A stretch of 64,000 bases of DNA from Intoshia linei (taxonomy: Eukaryota > Animalia > Orthonectida): NCBI GenBank assembly GCA_001642005.1, contig LWCA01000015.1, positions 1 to 64,000 of the forward strand. The letters run 5' to 3'. Made by a program: the position numbers and the translations under genes. The notes beneath the pieces were generated by a model. The model had not been told where the DNA came from. It saw only the letters and a program-made list of their open reading frames with translations, and ran no database searches. Below, piece by piece: positions 1 through 14,235 of this stretch (the stretch's first letter is position 1; every line of letters starts with the position of its first letter).

Positions 1-228
1 TGTTTTTTTGTGGGTAAAAATTTAATAGAATAGTAAAATTACTAATTAAAATATAACATGTTTTATATCTTCACTTATAAAAATATGTATATCGTTAAAA
101 TCAGAAAAATTAGCTGATTATTTTAATATATGTTACATTAAGTTTCTTTTTTCAATGTTGGACAGAGTAATAGATAATTTTATATTTGAATTATCAAACA
201 ATAAACAATAATGTCAAAACAACTATCA

Positions 229-667
229 ATTTCCAGTTTTTTTTTATTAACTTTTAATGATCTTGACAACATTGCGAATCACCACATGTGAATGTGAACG
301 CTCCATTAGCATTTTGAGAAGATTGAAAACCTTTTTGAGATAAACAATGACTGGTAATCGTCTATGTGGACTGGCCCTCATGAATTGCCATGATGACTAT
401 AATTTTGATATTGAAAGTTTGGTTAATGAATTTGCAATACTGCATCCAAGAAGACTGAACCTAATTGATTTAGAATTATTTAATGAACAAAATTAATTTA
501 TATTATTTTTTGTGCTAATCAATTTTTTTATTTTTGCGAAAAAATACAAATTGGGAAACTATTGTATAACAACCTTTAAATGTAATTAAAAGAGACGCTT
601 TAAAATCAAACTAGACGCCTAAATATATTGCTCGCCTCTCATTAACTAGTTTCTTGGATCTGCCCTG
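229..667 (+). mobile_element. hAT transposon 3' remnant: degenerate C-terminal dimerization domain (ZMYM1/THAP12-like) plus terminal repeat
   Basis: 257-496 reads MILTTLRITTCECERSISILRRLKTFLR*TMTGNRLCGLALMNCHDDYNFDIESLVNEFAILHPRRLNL, a hATC motif with an in-frame stop. 651-667 (ttcttggatctgccctg) is the reverse complement of a CAGGGCAGATCCAAG hAT-type TIR. Confidence 0.85.
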
Positions 668-842
668 ATATGATTGTACTTATTTTGATAAATTTAATAT
701 ATTTTTTTAATTGCATATTGGTCGGTCAGGTTCAGGTTAGAATAACAGCCATATAAATTTTTAATAATGTAATTTTACAAAATAATAAAATAAAATAATT
801 TTAGTTTTATTAAAAATAAAGGAAATGGAAATATTTCCTTCT

Positions 843-980
843 AGGGTTGGTAAAACTAGATTTTTCCCTAAAGGCTTGGTAAAACTGGATTTTTTCTTTT
901 TGGGTTGTTAAGACTATATTTTTCTCTAAAAGCTTGGTATATCTAGATTTTTCTAATAAGAGTTGGTAAAACTATATTTT
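843..980 (+). repeat. Tandem array of ~29-bp units (AGGGTTGGTAAAACTAGATTTTTCCCTAA), internal repeat of a MITE family
   Basis: About 5 degenerate units are visible. The same unit recurs at ~8330-8400, 8760-8920, 12300-12600, 14500-14760, 30490-30580, 32590-32900, 37450-37650 and 43950-44540. Confidence 0.85.
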
Positions 981-1388
981 TGAATGTTTTGAAAATTTTA
1001 AATGATGCATATATGAATCATTGGATGTGAAATGGTTAATAGCACACATTGAGTTTTACAATTGAAATCTCTATAGAATATTTTATTCTAATCTTCTGTA
1101 TATCTATGATTAACTTATGTATCTATTATTTCTGTAAGATATTGAAATAAAACATTTAATAATTTTTAAAATCCACACACCTCCAACAAATTTTTTTAAA
1201 TAAATAATATCCATTCTCTTATCCCGGATTTACCGTGACTTCGTTTAACCAAAAAAACATATATTTTTTAGTTTTCTAAGATAAGTTGAAACTTGCAATA
1301 TATTATTACCGAATTTACCGGTCCGTGATCCGTCATTTCAAATATTTTAATTCCTTATGAAATATAAAATAATATGTATTAATTACAG

Positions 1389-4300
1389 GTTGGGACGATT
1401 TTTTGAGATTGAGTGTGAGAAGTAGTGAATACGAAATGCAATTAAAAGAAAAGTAATCAAATTAAACCTAGAAAAAATTATTCATTAAAATTTTATTTTT
1501 TACAATTATACAGATATAATATATTGGGAGCTCTTGCTGCAGTAATTAATTTTACCGAAACTACATACAATTTACAATTTTATGAAAATTCTCTGCATAT
1601 ATGCTTTTATAAAAATGCAGATTATTGCAGTATAGGTAATTTTTGTTTTAAGTCTTATTCAAATTTTGAATTTCAGATAGTGTAACAGTTTCAAATTTGG
1701 AATTAATAAAATCTAACTACAATCTACAAAAATACACGTTAATTGATGTATTAAATGGATGTGAAACAAAGTCTGGCATGTACTTATTGAGAGAAAATAT
1801 TTTGAGTCCTTTAACGAGTATATTCACTTAGACATATTTATTTACATTAATAGCTTTATCACCGTTACACTTTAGACAGAGATACAATAATATCCCGCCA
1901 AAATTCTGTTGAAGAATTAGTTACAAAAAAAGATAAATTACGTCAAGTTTGTAATGTTTTAAAGAAAATTGTTGATTTTAAAATAATATTACCTCTATTT
2001 TCTATTAAATCCGAATTATATACAAATAAATCTATTGAAAACAAAATTTCTGGCTTAATAGCTTTGAAACAAAACCTAGAAATTTGCACTACTTTACAAC
2101 AAATTACACAAGAATTTCAGAGTCCCATTATAATTGAAATTCGAAATGTTTGTTTTTATATTTTTGGGATAAATTACAAATTTTATTGACATAAAATTAG
2201 GCTGTGAGCTCACAAGACATCATTGATATATTGGAAACACTAAACACATATATGCAATCGGAAGTACAATTTTCAAATGCACCGCTTAAATTTAGAACAA
2301 ATAAATGTCATTGCATAAAAGTAAATATATTGGGAAATTAAAATATTTGTATGAATTTAGAATAATATCAACGGTAATCTTCAAAATTTTGATAATTTGA
2401 ATACATATTTTTGCAACAATAGGATACTTGGATATTACTAGAAAAATGTACATCGAACTTGTAAATGATGCACCCGGTAAGATGATTAAAATTTAAATAT
2501 ATAATATAATTTTGGTTATAAATTAGATATTATAAATTCACTTCGAGAATATCACAAACTGCCATTGCTGTTAGCTTATAATACAACACGAGGTTATCAT
2601 ATAAAACTTACAGTTGACAACGCAAACGTTGAATTACCAAGCGATTTTATAAAAGTTCAGCGAAAGAGAAATTTTATATTATTTACAGTTGATGAATTGG
2701 TATTTAAGTAATAATAATCAAATACAGTCATATTTTAGATTATACTTAACCGTAAATATTCAAATAACTATTATTTTACATTAATTTAAATATAGTTCGT
2801 ATATCTCAATGTGTTCAAGAAATATTTTTTCTTTCAAACAGGTAATATCATTGTTTTTTTATTATTAATTATTATATTAATTGTTTAAATTATACATTTA
2901 TATTAATTTAATTATCATAGTATTGTAACAGAATTAATTGAAAAAGTGGCACCTAAACTTTACTCTTTGTATTATATTACAGATAATATTTATCTATTAG
3001 ACATATTGTGCTGTTTTGCAAAATATAGTTTTAACAATGGAACAGGTAAAACATATATTATAATATACAATGTCTATATTCATTTAATATAGTTAGGCCT
3101 CAATTTGGAGAAACATTGATTATAAAAAATGCTAAGCATGCCATAATGAACGCAATGCCTGATTTACAAATATCTAATAATATAGTTTAAAATATAATAA
3201 TAATTACGTTACATATTTTTAAGTTAATTTTAATGGCCCAAGTTAAAAATTATTTATTTTTTGTGGTACATATTCTTAAATAGGTTCCCAATCAGTGGTT
3301 AATGTAAATCTTTGTTTTCATAACTATATGATTATAATACTATGATACACGTCTGATGTATATCACACTTTTGGACGAAGATAAAATTTAAATTATTCTA
3401 CATTTAATATAGTTATTTTTATAATTAATATACATATATATATTATTTAATTAATAAGATATGTCAGAAAAATGAAAAAATTGTATTGAAATTTATTGAT
3501 AGAAATATCTAACGTTGATAATTACTGATTATTGTTATAAATCATTAATTTTGGTTAAAATATGATTTTTAGCTCAAAAAAAATTAAATTATTTTAGAGT
3601 TTAAATCAAGATAAAACTGGAATGATTATTACAGGATCTAATATGGTAAATTTTAAAATAATAGTTAGCATCATGATTAGAGTTTATCAAAATTAATATT
3701 TAAGTAAATTTATAAATTTTTACTTTTAATTCACATGTAATATTTACGCTATTCATCGCTAATTCCACAAAATATTAGAAACCATAATTTTAATTGCCTT
3801 ACATCCAATTATTTTTAAGTATTACTTTATTAAAAAAATAATATAATGATTTTGCGATAATGAAGGTTACGATTGCAACATTAAAGTTTAAACGTATAAT
3901 TAATGTTGCCATAACTATACAAGTAAATATTATTGTTATGAAAGCACAGTATAACCTCGCTTATGAACGAATTTTGAAAAGTACCCCACAAACCAAGGGC
4001 CTAGGTCTTAGGTGAATCAAGGACAGATTAAACCAGGACGGAATACGAGGCGTTCTAGTAAAAAAGATTGTTGGTGGGATTTTTTTTGCTCTAAGATTAT
4101 TAGGCAAGTGAAAGACTTGACAAAAAAATTATTTTTGGATATTAGAAAGGTTATTAATCAATCAAATTGAAAAAAACTTGATATTTTCAGTTTAAATTAA
4201 GTTATCATAAATTTTGATTTAATTTCACAAAATAAACATACAAAGAAAATGAAAAATACAATAGAATAATAAAAAAATAAATAAACATCAAATAGTTGAA

Positions 4301-5377
4301 TTTTCATTCTTTTTTTTTGATTATATATATTTGAATATTTTTTTTTCATCGTAATTATTACCACTCAATTGCCAAATTTTCTTGTTCTTCTTTCTGTTGT
4401 TTACCTAAAAAAAAGAAACTTGTAACCTGTTTCTTCATTTAAAATTCAATTGAAAATGATATTTTTTAGAGTGGAAAATCGACATATCTCAAAATGATCG
4501 CAATTATCCAAATAATAGCTCAAATGGGTTGCCATGTTCCAGCAACCTTTGCATCAATAAAAATTAGGAAATCTATACTATCCAGAATGGGAAATGACAA
4601 TGATATTTTAGCCAATTGTTCCACTGTAACAAATGAAATGAAGGAACTAAATTATGTATGTAAAAATTGTGACCAAGATTCGTTGATAATATTAGATGAA
4701 TTGGGAAGAGGTAAAATTATATACAGCAATCATGTTAACTTGTAATTGACCATTAATAGGTACTAGTTTACAAGAAGGAGTAGCGTGTGCCATTGCAATA
4801 ATTCTGTATTTATTAAAAAAAAAGGTAAATTTCATTTTTTAATTTTTTTCACGTAACATTTTGATATTTAGAGTTTTTTAATTGTTGCCACACATTTCAA
4901 TGAAATTTGCTTGTTAAGCATGGTTAATAAACACCTACAAAAGTAAATTAATTGTTTTTGATAATTTTAAAAAACTTAGCTATCATTTTCAAATGAAATC
5001 AACAGTAATCGATGGGAAATTTCAATTAAATTTCGATAGAAAATTACATTATGGTAGTATGATTAACGTTGAAAATTATGGAATATTTATTTCTAACATT
5101 ACTTCTTTCCCTAAGTCCATCATTAAACGAGCAGAAGAAATTGCCCATCAATTGAGTATATCCACAGTAAAACTAATTTTTATGATAAGAGATAATAATA
5201 TTATACTAGACGATAGGCGATGACAAAATAAAAAATTTCATGAAATTAGAGCAAACAATGATTTCTCTAATTTCAAACTTTTATGACGCTGAATGTGATG
5301 ATGATGAAAAGAAATATGAAATGCACCACAACGCTGCAAGGATACTTAAAGAAATTCAAAATAAATATTCCAATTAA
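1389..5377 (+). CDS. MSH4: MutS homolog 4 (meiotic MutS-gamma subunit), multi-exon, 5'-partial
   Basis: Spliced exons give KYNILGALAAVINF..SLHICF..IDSVTVSNLELI, Walker A ITGSNM|SGKSTYLK (split by intron 3646-4469), AQMGCHVPA, SLIILDELGRGTS and VATHF. The stop is TAA at 5375-5377. The pattern matches MSH4 better than other MutS paralogs. Confidence 0.88.
3947..4130 (+). mobile_element. pogo/Tigger-like DNA transposon end in an MSH4 intron
   Basis: Begins cagtataacctcgcttatgaacg, a Tigger-type TIR. The partner end was not identified. Confidence 0.4.
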
Positions 5378-5777
5378 AATAACAATAATAGTAAAATTAT
5401 AATTTTAATGCATCATTTTTTACAATTCCATAACCTAACAAGTGAACTATAGTACGTGATAAGTTGGTGCAGGTCTTTTTTGTTTTTCACGCGATATTTC
5501 CAGCACTATAAATGTGTAAATGAAAATTTCAATACCTAAAAGTTGAATACTTGTTTATCGTCAGTAACTTTTAATGACGTTTCTTTTTCAGTGGGTCTAT
5601 ATTTTAAAACAGCTCTACACTACAAAATATATTAAATAGACATGATTAAATACTTTGAAAGGATTTTCTTTATGTAAATTAGCCGTTTTCAAAACAAAAT
5701 CATCAAAATGTTTAATCAACATACCAATACGAATTTAATTCAAGTTTAAATTTATTTCATAAACTTTATTGTCAACA

Positions 5778-7654
5778 ATGGATGAAGATTTAGTTACTCC
5801 TTGGGAGGTAAAGGCTTGTAATTCACACGGGATTAATTATGACAAATTAATTGGTAAATTTCTATTTTACATTTATAATTTAAATTACGTTTTTGCAAAT
5901 TTACATTTAGTTAAATTTGGAACGTCCACGATAGACGATGCTCTCATTAAACGCTTTGAAAGGCTTATTGGCAAACCGGTTCATCATTTATTGAGACGTG
6001 GTCATTTTTTTACACATAGGTTTATCTGATATTTGTACAATAATTTTATCATATTTTAGAGATTTCGATTTAATTTTAACTGCTTATGAAGAAGGGAAAC
6101 AGATTTATCTGTATACTGGGCGCGGACCCTCATCTGCCTCCTTGCATATTGGTCATTTGATTCCCTTTATATTTACAAAGTAACACTTTATTTTTAATTT
6201 TTCGTATTTACACGTATCAAAAAAGTTTACTTTGCAATTATAAAAAGTTATGCATGACAGAACGAATGGAAAATTTTTTCCTATTAATTTAAACTAAAAT
6301 CATCCAAATTTCAATAAAAAATATCCAATCTTGTGGCTAATAGTTTTGAAGCTTTTCCAAATATAACTCTTCAATAACATCCACGATGGATGTGCAATAT
6401 CAATGTTGGTAAAAAATATTTTATATAGCTTATCAATATCGAAAATAACTCATAAAATTGATGATTTTACCGTGGTGACGCTAGCATAATGGATATCTAT
6501 TCAATTTTGCTTAACTATTTGAAATAACGGTTACCACATTGATATTGCGCATCCACGTCGTGTTTTATCTAGTATATCACAATAAGCGATTAAAAATTCA
6601 ACATCTAAAAACTACCCAATTTAGTGAACTCTTCCAGACTACATTATTATTGTTTAGATGGCTACAAGATGTGTTTAATGCACCTCTGATTATCCAATTC
6701 ACTGACGACGAAAAGTATTTATGGAAAAATATAAGTTTAAAAGAAATGGAATCGTACGTATTCGAAAACATTAAAGATGTATTGGCAGTGGGTTTTAATA
6801 TAAACCGTGTATACGTCCAAATCAATACAATGGCTATGCAGTACTTTTGTATTATTAGTTATACAATTTTAGCCAAAACCCATTATTTTATCCTACCGTA
6901 TTGTCGATCCAAAAACATATAACTTTGAATCAAGTTAAGGCAATATTTGGAATTAAAGAAAGCGATTCTATAGGGAAATGCGCTTTTCCTGCAATAGAAG
7001 CTGCTCCTTGTTTTTCAGCTATGTATAAAAAAATTTTTAGAACGAATGAAAACGTTCGTTGTCTCATTCCGTGTGCGATAGATCAAGTATGTTATGTTTT
7101 AAAATGTTATATTTTTGTTTTTTCAGGATCCATTCTTTCGGATGTCTCGTGATGTGGCGCCTAAATTGAGATTTTTAAAACCATCATTGTTACTATCTAA
7201 ATTTATACCCTCTCTACAAGGTGCCATGGAAAAAATGAGCTCAAGTGACAATAGTACGTCCATTTTTCTGAGTGATTCTCCAAAAGATATTAAAAATAAA
7301 ATTAACAAGTACGCTTTTTCCGGTGGAAAAGATACCGTGGATGAGCACAGAAAATTTGGTGGAGATTGTAGCGTTGATGTTGCTTATCAGTATCTAACAT
7401 TTTTTATGGAAAATGATAATAAATTGAACCAAATCAGAAAGGTACAATTAAAATTATAAATTATAAAATAATTCATGATTTATTCGCTATATATTTATTA
7501 GGACTATACGGACGGGACTTTGTTGAGTGGAGAAATGAAAAACTATGCTATAGCTGCTATTACTGCAAAACTTGTAGAATTTCAAGAACGAAGAAAACTA
7601 ATTACTTCTGATCATATCAGTTTGGTTACGAATTATAGGGATTTGAGTTTGTAG
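5778..7654 (+). CDS. WARS1: Cytosolic tryptophanyl-tRNA synthetase, multi-exon
   Basis: Motifs [31 protein letters not shown] (HIGH), [28 protein letters not shown] and [10 protein letters not shown]. The stop is TAG at 7652-7654. Confidence 0.96.
6376..6564. repeat. Imperfect ~35-bp inverted repeat pair inside the long TrpRS intron (probable MITE remnant)
   Basis: 6376-6412 (aacatccacgatggatgtgcaatatcaatgttggtaa) pairs with the reverse complement of 6531-6564 (aacacgacgtggatgcgcaatatcaatgtggtaa). Confidence 0.7.
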
Positions 7655-7753
7655 ATTTTCCACTTTTGTCAATAAATAACTATTTAACATAAATATGCTT
7701 TCTAATTTTTATTTTTTATTTATTCAACACTAACATTTAAATTTCTTGCAAAA

Positions 7754-10700
7754 ATGAGTTTGAAAAAAAAAGATAATTCTTGGTTCAAGTCTTTGGAAAA
7801 ATATCAATTTAACAATGAATACTTTGTTATATTTTCATTATGTATTGCAGCCGTCAACTTTGGCTGGCTTAATATCGATATTTTGCTAGCTTATGCTGTA
7901 CCCGATTTCAAATGTACTCCAGTATTGAATGAAAATTTCTCTAACACTGTCAATCATAATTCAACCTTTGACGGTAGATGCTACGTCAACGTTAAAATAA
8001 AGGATTTGTATGTAATTGAGAGTAACCTTTACTAAAAAAATATTATACTTTATATTTTCATATAGGATGTCAAAATTGGACATTCGGTAGCGAATTTGGA
8101 AAAACTATAAGTACAGATGTAATTATTGGCATACATATATTTAATTAACTATTATTTTAAATTGGAAAATTTTGATTAATTAGTCGTATCAGCACATTAT
8201 TTAGAGAAATAATTTAAATATACTTTACTGGAAAGTGTTCCAAATATCGATAAATTGAATAGTTAAATCATGCTTTCACGCTGAATACTAATGATAATAT
8301 TTGCTAAATCAATCTAATATAAAAAATTTCCACTTTTTAAGGAAAAAATTTAGTTTTACAAACCCCTAAGGAAAAATTTCACTTTTACCTACTTTGAAAT
8401 TAACTAAGTACAGCTGAAAAATATTTTCTAAGAAAATAAATGCTATTACGTTATCCATGTGCTTCATAAAAAAGAAAATGGGATGTAACCGTGAATTTGC
8501 ATTTAAAAACACTTGGAAAGCGAGGTAGACCACTAAAAAGATTTAATAAAGCAAATATAAAATATTTCAAGGACAGAAAAATCCATAATGAATAAATTTT
8601 TTTTAATTTTATTTTAAAAATTTTTATTTGTTTCATCATAAGTTTAAGTAAGTATTAAAGCGGTTATAACATCTGTTTATGGATAATCCTTTTATTTAGG
8701 AACTTTATTAGGAATTTTTGTTTTGTTTGTGATGCTGATTTTTTATGAGGTACTCTGCAATAGGGTAAAATTTGATTTTTCCTTTTAGGGTTGGTAAAAA
8801 TGGAATTTTCTCTAAAGGTTTGGTAAAGCTTGATTTTTCATAAAAGTTTGGTAAAACTGGAATTTTGCCTAAATGGTTGGTTAAACTGAATTTTTCCTTA
8901 TGGTTTGGTAAAAGTGGATTTTTAGTAAAAATGGTTAGATTTAGTAAAAATAGTTGGATTTTAGTAAAAATGGTTAGATTTTAGTTAAAGTATTTGGATT
9001 TAAGTAGACACCCATTAAGAAGGATATCTTGATTCACATTCTCATTCGAACCTAAAAAAATAACATGTTTATTTATTCATTGCATAAATTTGTTATATAC
9101 TTTTTTTTATTTATTTATTTTTACTTTATGATAAATTAATCTATGATAACAAATTTTTTGTAGTGTCCCGATTCCTCAATCACGTGAAAACTTTTTATGT
9201 ACCCTAATATTTCAAATCGATTAGGGATCCCTTTAGTGAACCCTACATGTTTATTAGAACCCAACGGTTTAAAAGAATTGTTTATCAATGTATTATAATG
9301 CGTTATATTAATTTGGTATTAATATTATTAATAATACATTATAATAGATTATACCCATTGTAATATACACTTGTAATTATATAATACTTACCAATTAATA
9401 ATTTTTTAGTGGTCTCTAGTATGTGATAGAACCAAATTCATTTATATTCTCAATATTATTATCGCTATTGGAATGTCACTGTCAAGTCTATTCAGTGGTT
9501 GGTTCGCAGATAGGTTAACTATTTTAATATACAATTATTATTGTTATCCAGTCGTTAATTGAAAATTTGAGATTTTTTTATGATAAATTTTGGTACTTAA
9601 AGTTTTCAATCGACATTTGCAAAATGTTTATTTATTCTAATCTTATCATTAGCTAGTGTATGTCACATTGTCACATTATTCATCATAAAAATATTCCTGT
9701 AGGTTAGAATTCTCAATGACCCTTGAGCGTAAGGAAGGCATTACTTTTGTCGCCTTATGTTGACATGTTTTTTTAATGTACGGGGGTTTTCTTCTTTCGT
9801 TTAATCTTACTGTAACTGTTTATAGATTCGGACGCAAGTATACTAGCCTTCTCAGCTATTTATTTTGTTATATATCTCGATGTCTTATAGTGTTTTCTCC
9901 AAATATTTACGTTTACTCATTATTTCGATTGCTTTCTAGTTTATTTGACATGTCGTCATTTATTATATTTTGGATACTGGGTATGCTCTTAATTTATTTA
10001 TTTATAATATCGTCATTTCCCAGGTCTTGAAAATTTTTCAGAACATAAGAGATTCAACGTAAACATTTTAGTCGTGTTTTCTTGGAGTATTGGCTTAACA
10101 TCGATTGCAGGAATATATTATTTCATCAAAAATTGGAAACATGCAACTTTAATCATCAGCAATACCACTATTCTGTCCTGCATTTGCATTCTTTGGTAAT
10201 TTTTAATGGTTAGCAATTAAAACGTACAAACTCATCATGTTGGTTTGCTACGTCCTTTATTTATTATAAGATCATGTCATTGTCATTTAAATTTTAATTT
10301 ATTTTACTAAAAAATTTCGCTTATTGTTCATGGTTATTAACAATAACGTGTTATTAATAATCATTTTTAAAACTTGATAATAACAATATATGGTACAATA
10401 ACACAAAAAGAAACATTGTGAATAATTTATGATATTTATGATTTATTTTCGCATGAAACCTTGTATGTATTTTATCTGAAAAATATATGATAAACACAAA
10501 TAATAATAATAAATAATGTTAGGAATAATAATGTGTATAACAAATGATTAATCTTAAGTTGATTAATTGATATATTGTGAAATAACTAGAGACTAATATG
10601 AAAAAATGTTTTAATATAATTATGAATCTGATTGAATCGTTTACCTTTAGCACATTATTAATGTAATTACAATACCTTAAGAAAAATAAAATAATGACAT

Positions 10701-13261
10701 TTCTTTTATGATATTAATTTTAAGTCAATTTTTAATTTTTTGTATTGAGTAATTACATTTGAGACCATTTAACAAATTTTTAGTAAAACTTGACAATTTA
10801 TATTACACTGACTGCATTTAATTTATAATTATAAAATTTGTTAAAAATAGTTAGTATGAGTTTTCAGTTTATGTAGCATAAAAAATGACAATATCATACT
10901 AAATGGTGTTTAGATTAAATTTTTTTAATTCGAAGCGGTGAAAGGTGTTTCACTAATTATAATAATCGAAAATGTTTTAGGGTCACTGTTAAATTTAAAG
11001 AAGGATTAAGGGAAAATGTACAGTTTTAGGATGATTAAATTTTTAAATTAAAAAAGATGGTATTTCATAATACAGTATGTAGTTGATTTTTCCATGCAAA
11101 AAAACTTTAATTTTGAAAAAAATTATGCTCAATTTTCAAAAATGACTGAAATGATATTATATCTATATTTGATTTTATTTTGTACTACAATTTGTAGTTT
11201 AATGAAAGAATCAGAATCATGGCAAAAGTTATCTGAAATCAAAGAAAATCTAAATTTTGATAAAGATGCTACAGATCAAAGTGAATTAGTACATTTATTT
11301 ATATTGGTTTTTATGTATGAGACATATAAGTGATATTTTTTAAAGTAGGGAGTAAATGAGCCCAGAATAGATTTTTTTATATTTCATTAATTAGACATCA
11401 ATAAATGATCGGTCAGCCTTTTTATAGTTTGTTAGAGGTAATCTTTTTTATTTTTGGCAATTCAGTTTAACCTAAAAGCTAAAATCTGTAAATTGGTTGG
11501 TGGGAGTAGTAGTTTTTAATTTTATCTAAAATATTTTTGCAGTTCTTTCAAAAATGTCTCCACCATATTTATATAAGTTTTAATTACTGATAAAATAGGT
11601 TTAAGATAATGTAATGTAATGTTTTAAAAATATGCATTTTTCATATCTATTGATTATTAGAAAATTCGATCTGGAATAATCAATATATTTAACGATAAAC
11701 CAATGCGAAAAAAAGCTCTTGCTCTATACATTATGGGGTAATTAATACACGTTCATTGGACTAGTCATTTATTAATATATAATATTATAATTGCTATTAG
11801 ATTCACTACTAGCACAATTTGTTATGGTATGAATTTTAGTTCTCAGTATTTTTATCAGAATGTATATGTGACGGTATCTGCTTTCAATTGTACCTACTTG
11901 TTTTCCACTATTGCCATTTATTTTATGTATAATTTTAATGTCAAAGTCAAAAAAAAATATATTATCACATTTAATTTGATTTCTGCCACTGTTTCCTTTG
12001 TTGTTTTATCTTTTCTTGAAGCAAGTAATTAATAATCAATATCATCATATCATGATTATTATCATGTATAATTGTACAGTATGACCCCGCTGATTTATTA
12101 TTATGTAACATTGATAGAAAATTTTTATCGATTTCCAAAAAAATATGCGTGTGTCCGTGAGAATCAAATAAAAAATTTTATCAAATTTTTCTTGATTCTA
12201 TAGCTATAGAATATAAAATTTAATCTCCTATAGGAAAATTTCTAAAATTTTCTACCATGTTGCCAGATTTTTGGAATTTAACCCAAAGCCTTAATGACAT
12301 TATTATTAAAAAATCCCATTTTATCCCACCTTTAATAAAATGTAATAATATTTAATAAAAAATACAATTTTAAACCCTCAATTGAAAAATCGATTTAAAT
12401 TAAGTATTAATCAAACCACCAAAATAAAAAATTTTTTTTTTCCAATATTTCTTTGAAAAACACGATTTACCAAATCTTATGAGAAAAAACTCTTATTCCA
12501 ACCTCAAAATAAAAATCAATTTTATGAATTCTTAAGTAAAAAATCCGATTTTATTAAATTTTATATAAAAAAACCCTTAATTTTATCATAAACGTTTTAT
12601 ATTTTATGTTTCCTTGGGGGTCCAAAAAAAATAAATATTTTGAAATGGGATCCGTCAGTATTAGAATAAAGAACCACAGCTTTAATGTATATAAAATTTA
12701 ATATGTGTGTGTCAGTGTATTATATACCTTATATTTAAAACATTAACAGTCATAGAATTTACACAAACCGAATTTTTAATACTTTTTTTCGCGTGGGATG
12801 TGTTTATCTATGTTTACTTTTCCTAATTTGAGTCCGTCAGGGTCAAACTTCAAATTTAATATAACGTGGAAGATACAACTAAACTTATTATAGATTCCGT
12901 AGCAATTCTTTTAGTTGGCGTATATGGACTACTAACCTTAGGAATGAACTTTTCATTGGGATATATATTGACACCGTTTCAATTTCCAGTGTCATTAAGA
13001 GGAAAAGGAACCTCTTTATTTGTTTTTTCTACACGATTGGGCCTGGTATTTGGTTCCGGAATTGTTTATTGGGTATTAAATTTTTAATGTCATACTTAAT
13101 GGTTTGAATAATCATACTCATTTTAGCAAAAATCAAATCCAGTCATAATAGCAGTCATATACAGTATTCTAGGACTAATTACTACAATATTACTAATGCT
13201 GTACGTTCCTACTAAATCTTCATTCAAAGACAAGGATATATTAGTAGAAAATTTAAAATAA
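7754..13261 (+). CDS. SLC22-family (organic cation transporter-like) MFS transporter, ~10 exons
   Basis: Exons give WSLVCDR..GWFADRFGRK, YSLFRLL, ESESW and FPVSLRGKG, with multiple TM helices. The last exon, 13126-13261, ends ...VENLK*. Confidence 0.85.
8761..8990 (+). repeat. 29-bp unit tandem array followed by ~20-bp units (TTTAGTAAAAATGGTTAGAT) in an SLC22 intron
   Basis: Directly visible tandem units. Confidence 0.8.
12150..12690 (-). mobile_element. Degenerate copy of the hAT MITE carrying 29-33-bp internal repeats
   Basis: Colinear with 14329-14839 and reverse to 32491-33094, sharing the gttgccagat and ggggtccaaaaaaataaatattttgaaatggg segments. Confidence 0.65.
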
Positions 13262-14235
13262 TATACAAAGTTATGTATTAAACTTTTTAATTTGGTTTTT
13301 TTGTATATATAATTTTTTGTGTATAAAAATTTTAAAGAAGATTTTAGAAGATTTTTAAAATGGGTTCAAGCTTTTTAATTTGAATTTTGTTTATTCCATC
13401 TTATTTACGAAAGTAATATGTGTAAAGTTTTAAAAACACCAATTTCTAATACAGTTTTTCCAGGATTAGATTTTATAGCAAATTAGATATCAGAAATTGA
13501 GTCTTTCAGGGTAAAAACCATAAATTACCCATCTCATTTTTCAAAAATAAAACAACACCTAGAATTTTTTAAAATCTACATTTAGATATATATTTTAAAA
13601 TCGTAAAAATTATAACTTTCACTTTGAAAAATGTTAATAAGATAACAAAATTGTCAATTTAAAAGTTTGAAACTACAATTGTCCTTTCTTATATAACGTA
13701 AAACAGTTAAAAAGTTATTTCCGTTTATTTATTTGTTTATTTAAAAAAGTATGATGTATAAAAAATTTTAAAAAAAAAACTTTTAATATTATAAATAATA
13801 AAGGTTTTAATAAACGGTAACATGTATACACGTAAAAAATACCTGCGAAAAATGTGTGTTTTTCTGTCTGCATGTGTGAAGCATATATTGAGAGCTCACA
13901 TCTCAAAAATTTCAAACCCTAAAATTCTCACCAATCTTCCAGTTCAGAAATTAATGTGAATTTCACAATCCAACCACAAATTACCTTTTTTTTACTTTTG
14001 TTAAGAATTTTAGAATTTTTTTAAAATTAATCTAACAAAGTTAAAATTATTGATCATTATCATAAATTGCAACCTCAAAAAATTGATTTTTATTTTTAAT
14101 TTTAGAATTTATAATGAAATAATTCATGACTCAAGCGATTTAATTTGAATATTGTAATTAACCCTTCCACTTTACTCTTTGTAAATAAGGTTGTAAACGT
14201 TTATTTATGCTTTAAAACTTGACTTTTGTAAACTA

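Noticed and set aside
843-980. 29-bp repeats resembling a CRISPR array or telomeric repeat
   Set aside because: The units are head-to-tail with no unique spacers, degenerate, and embedded in TIR-bounded MITEs in a eukaryotic genome. There are no cas genes.
5778-5853. TrpRS lacks an N-terminal WHEP domain
   Set aside because: The WHEP extension is a vertebrate-type addition, so its absence is ordinary in invertebrates.
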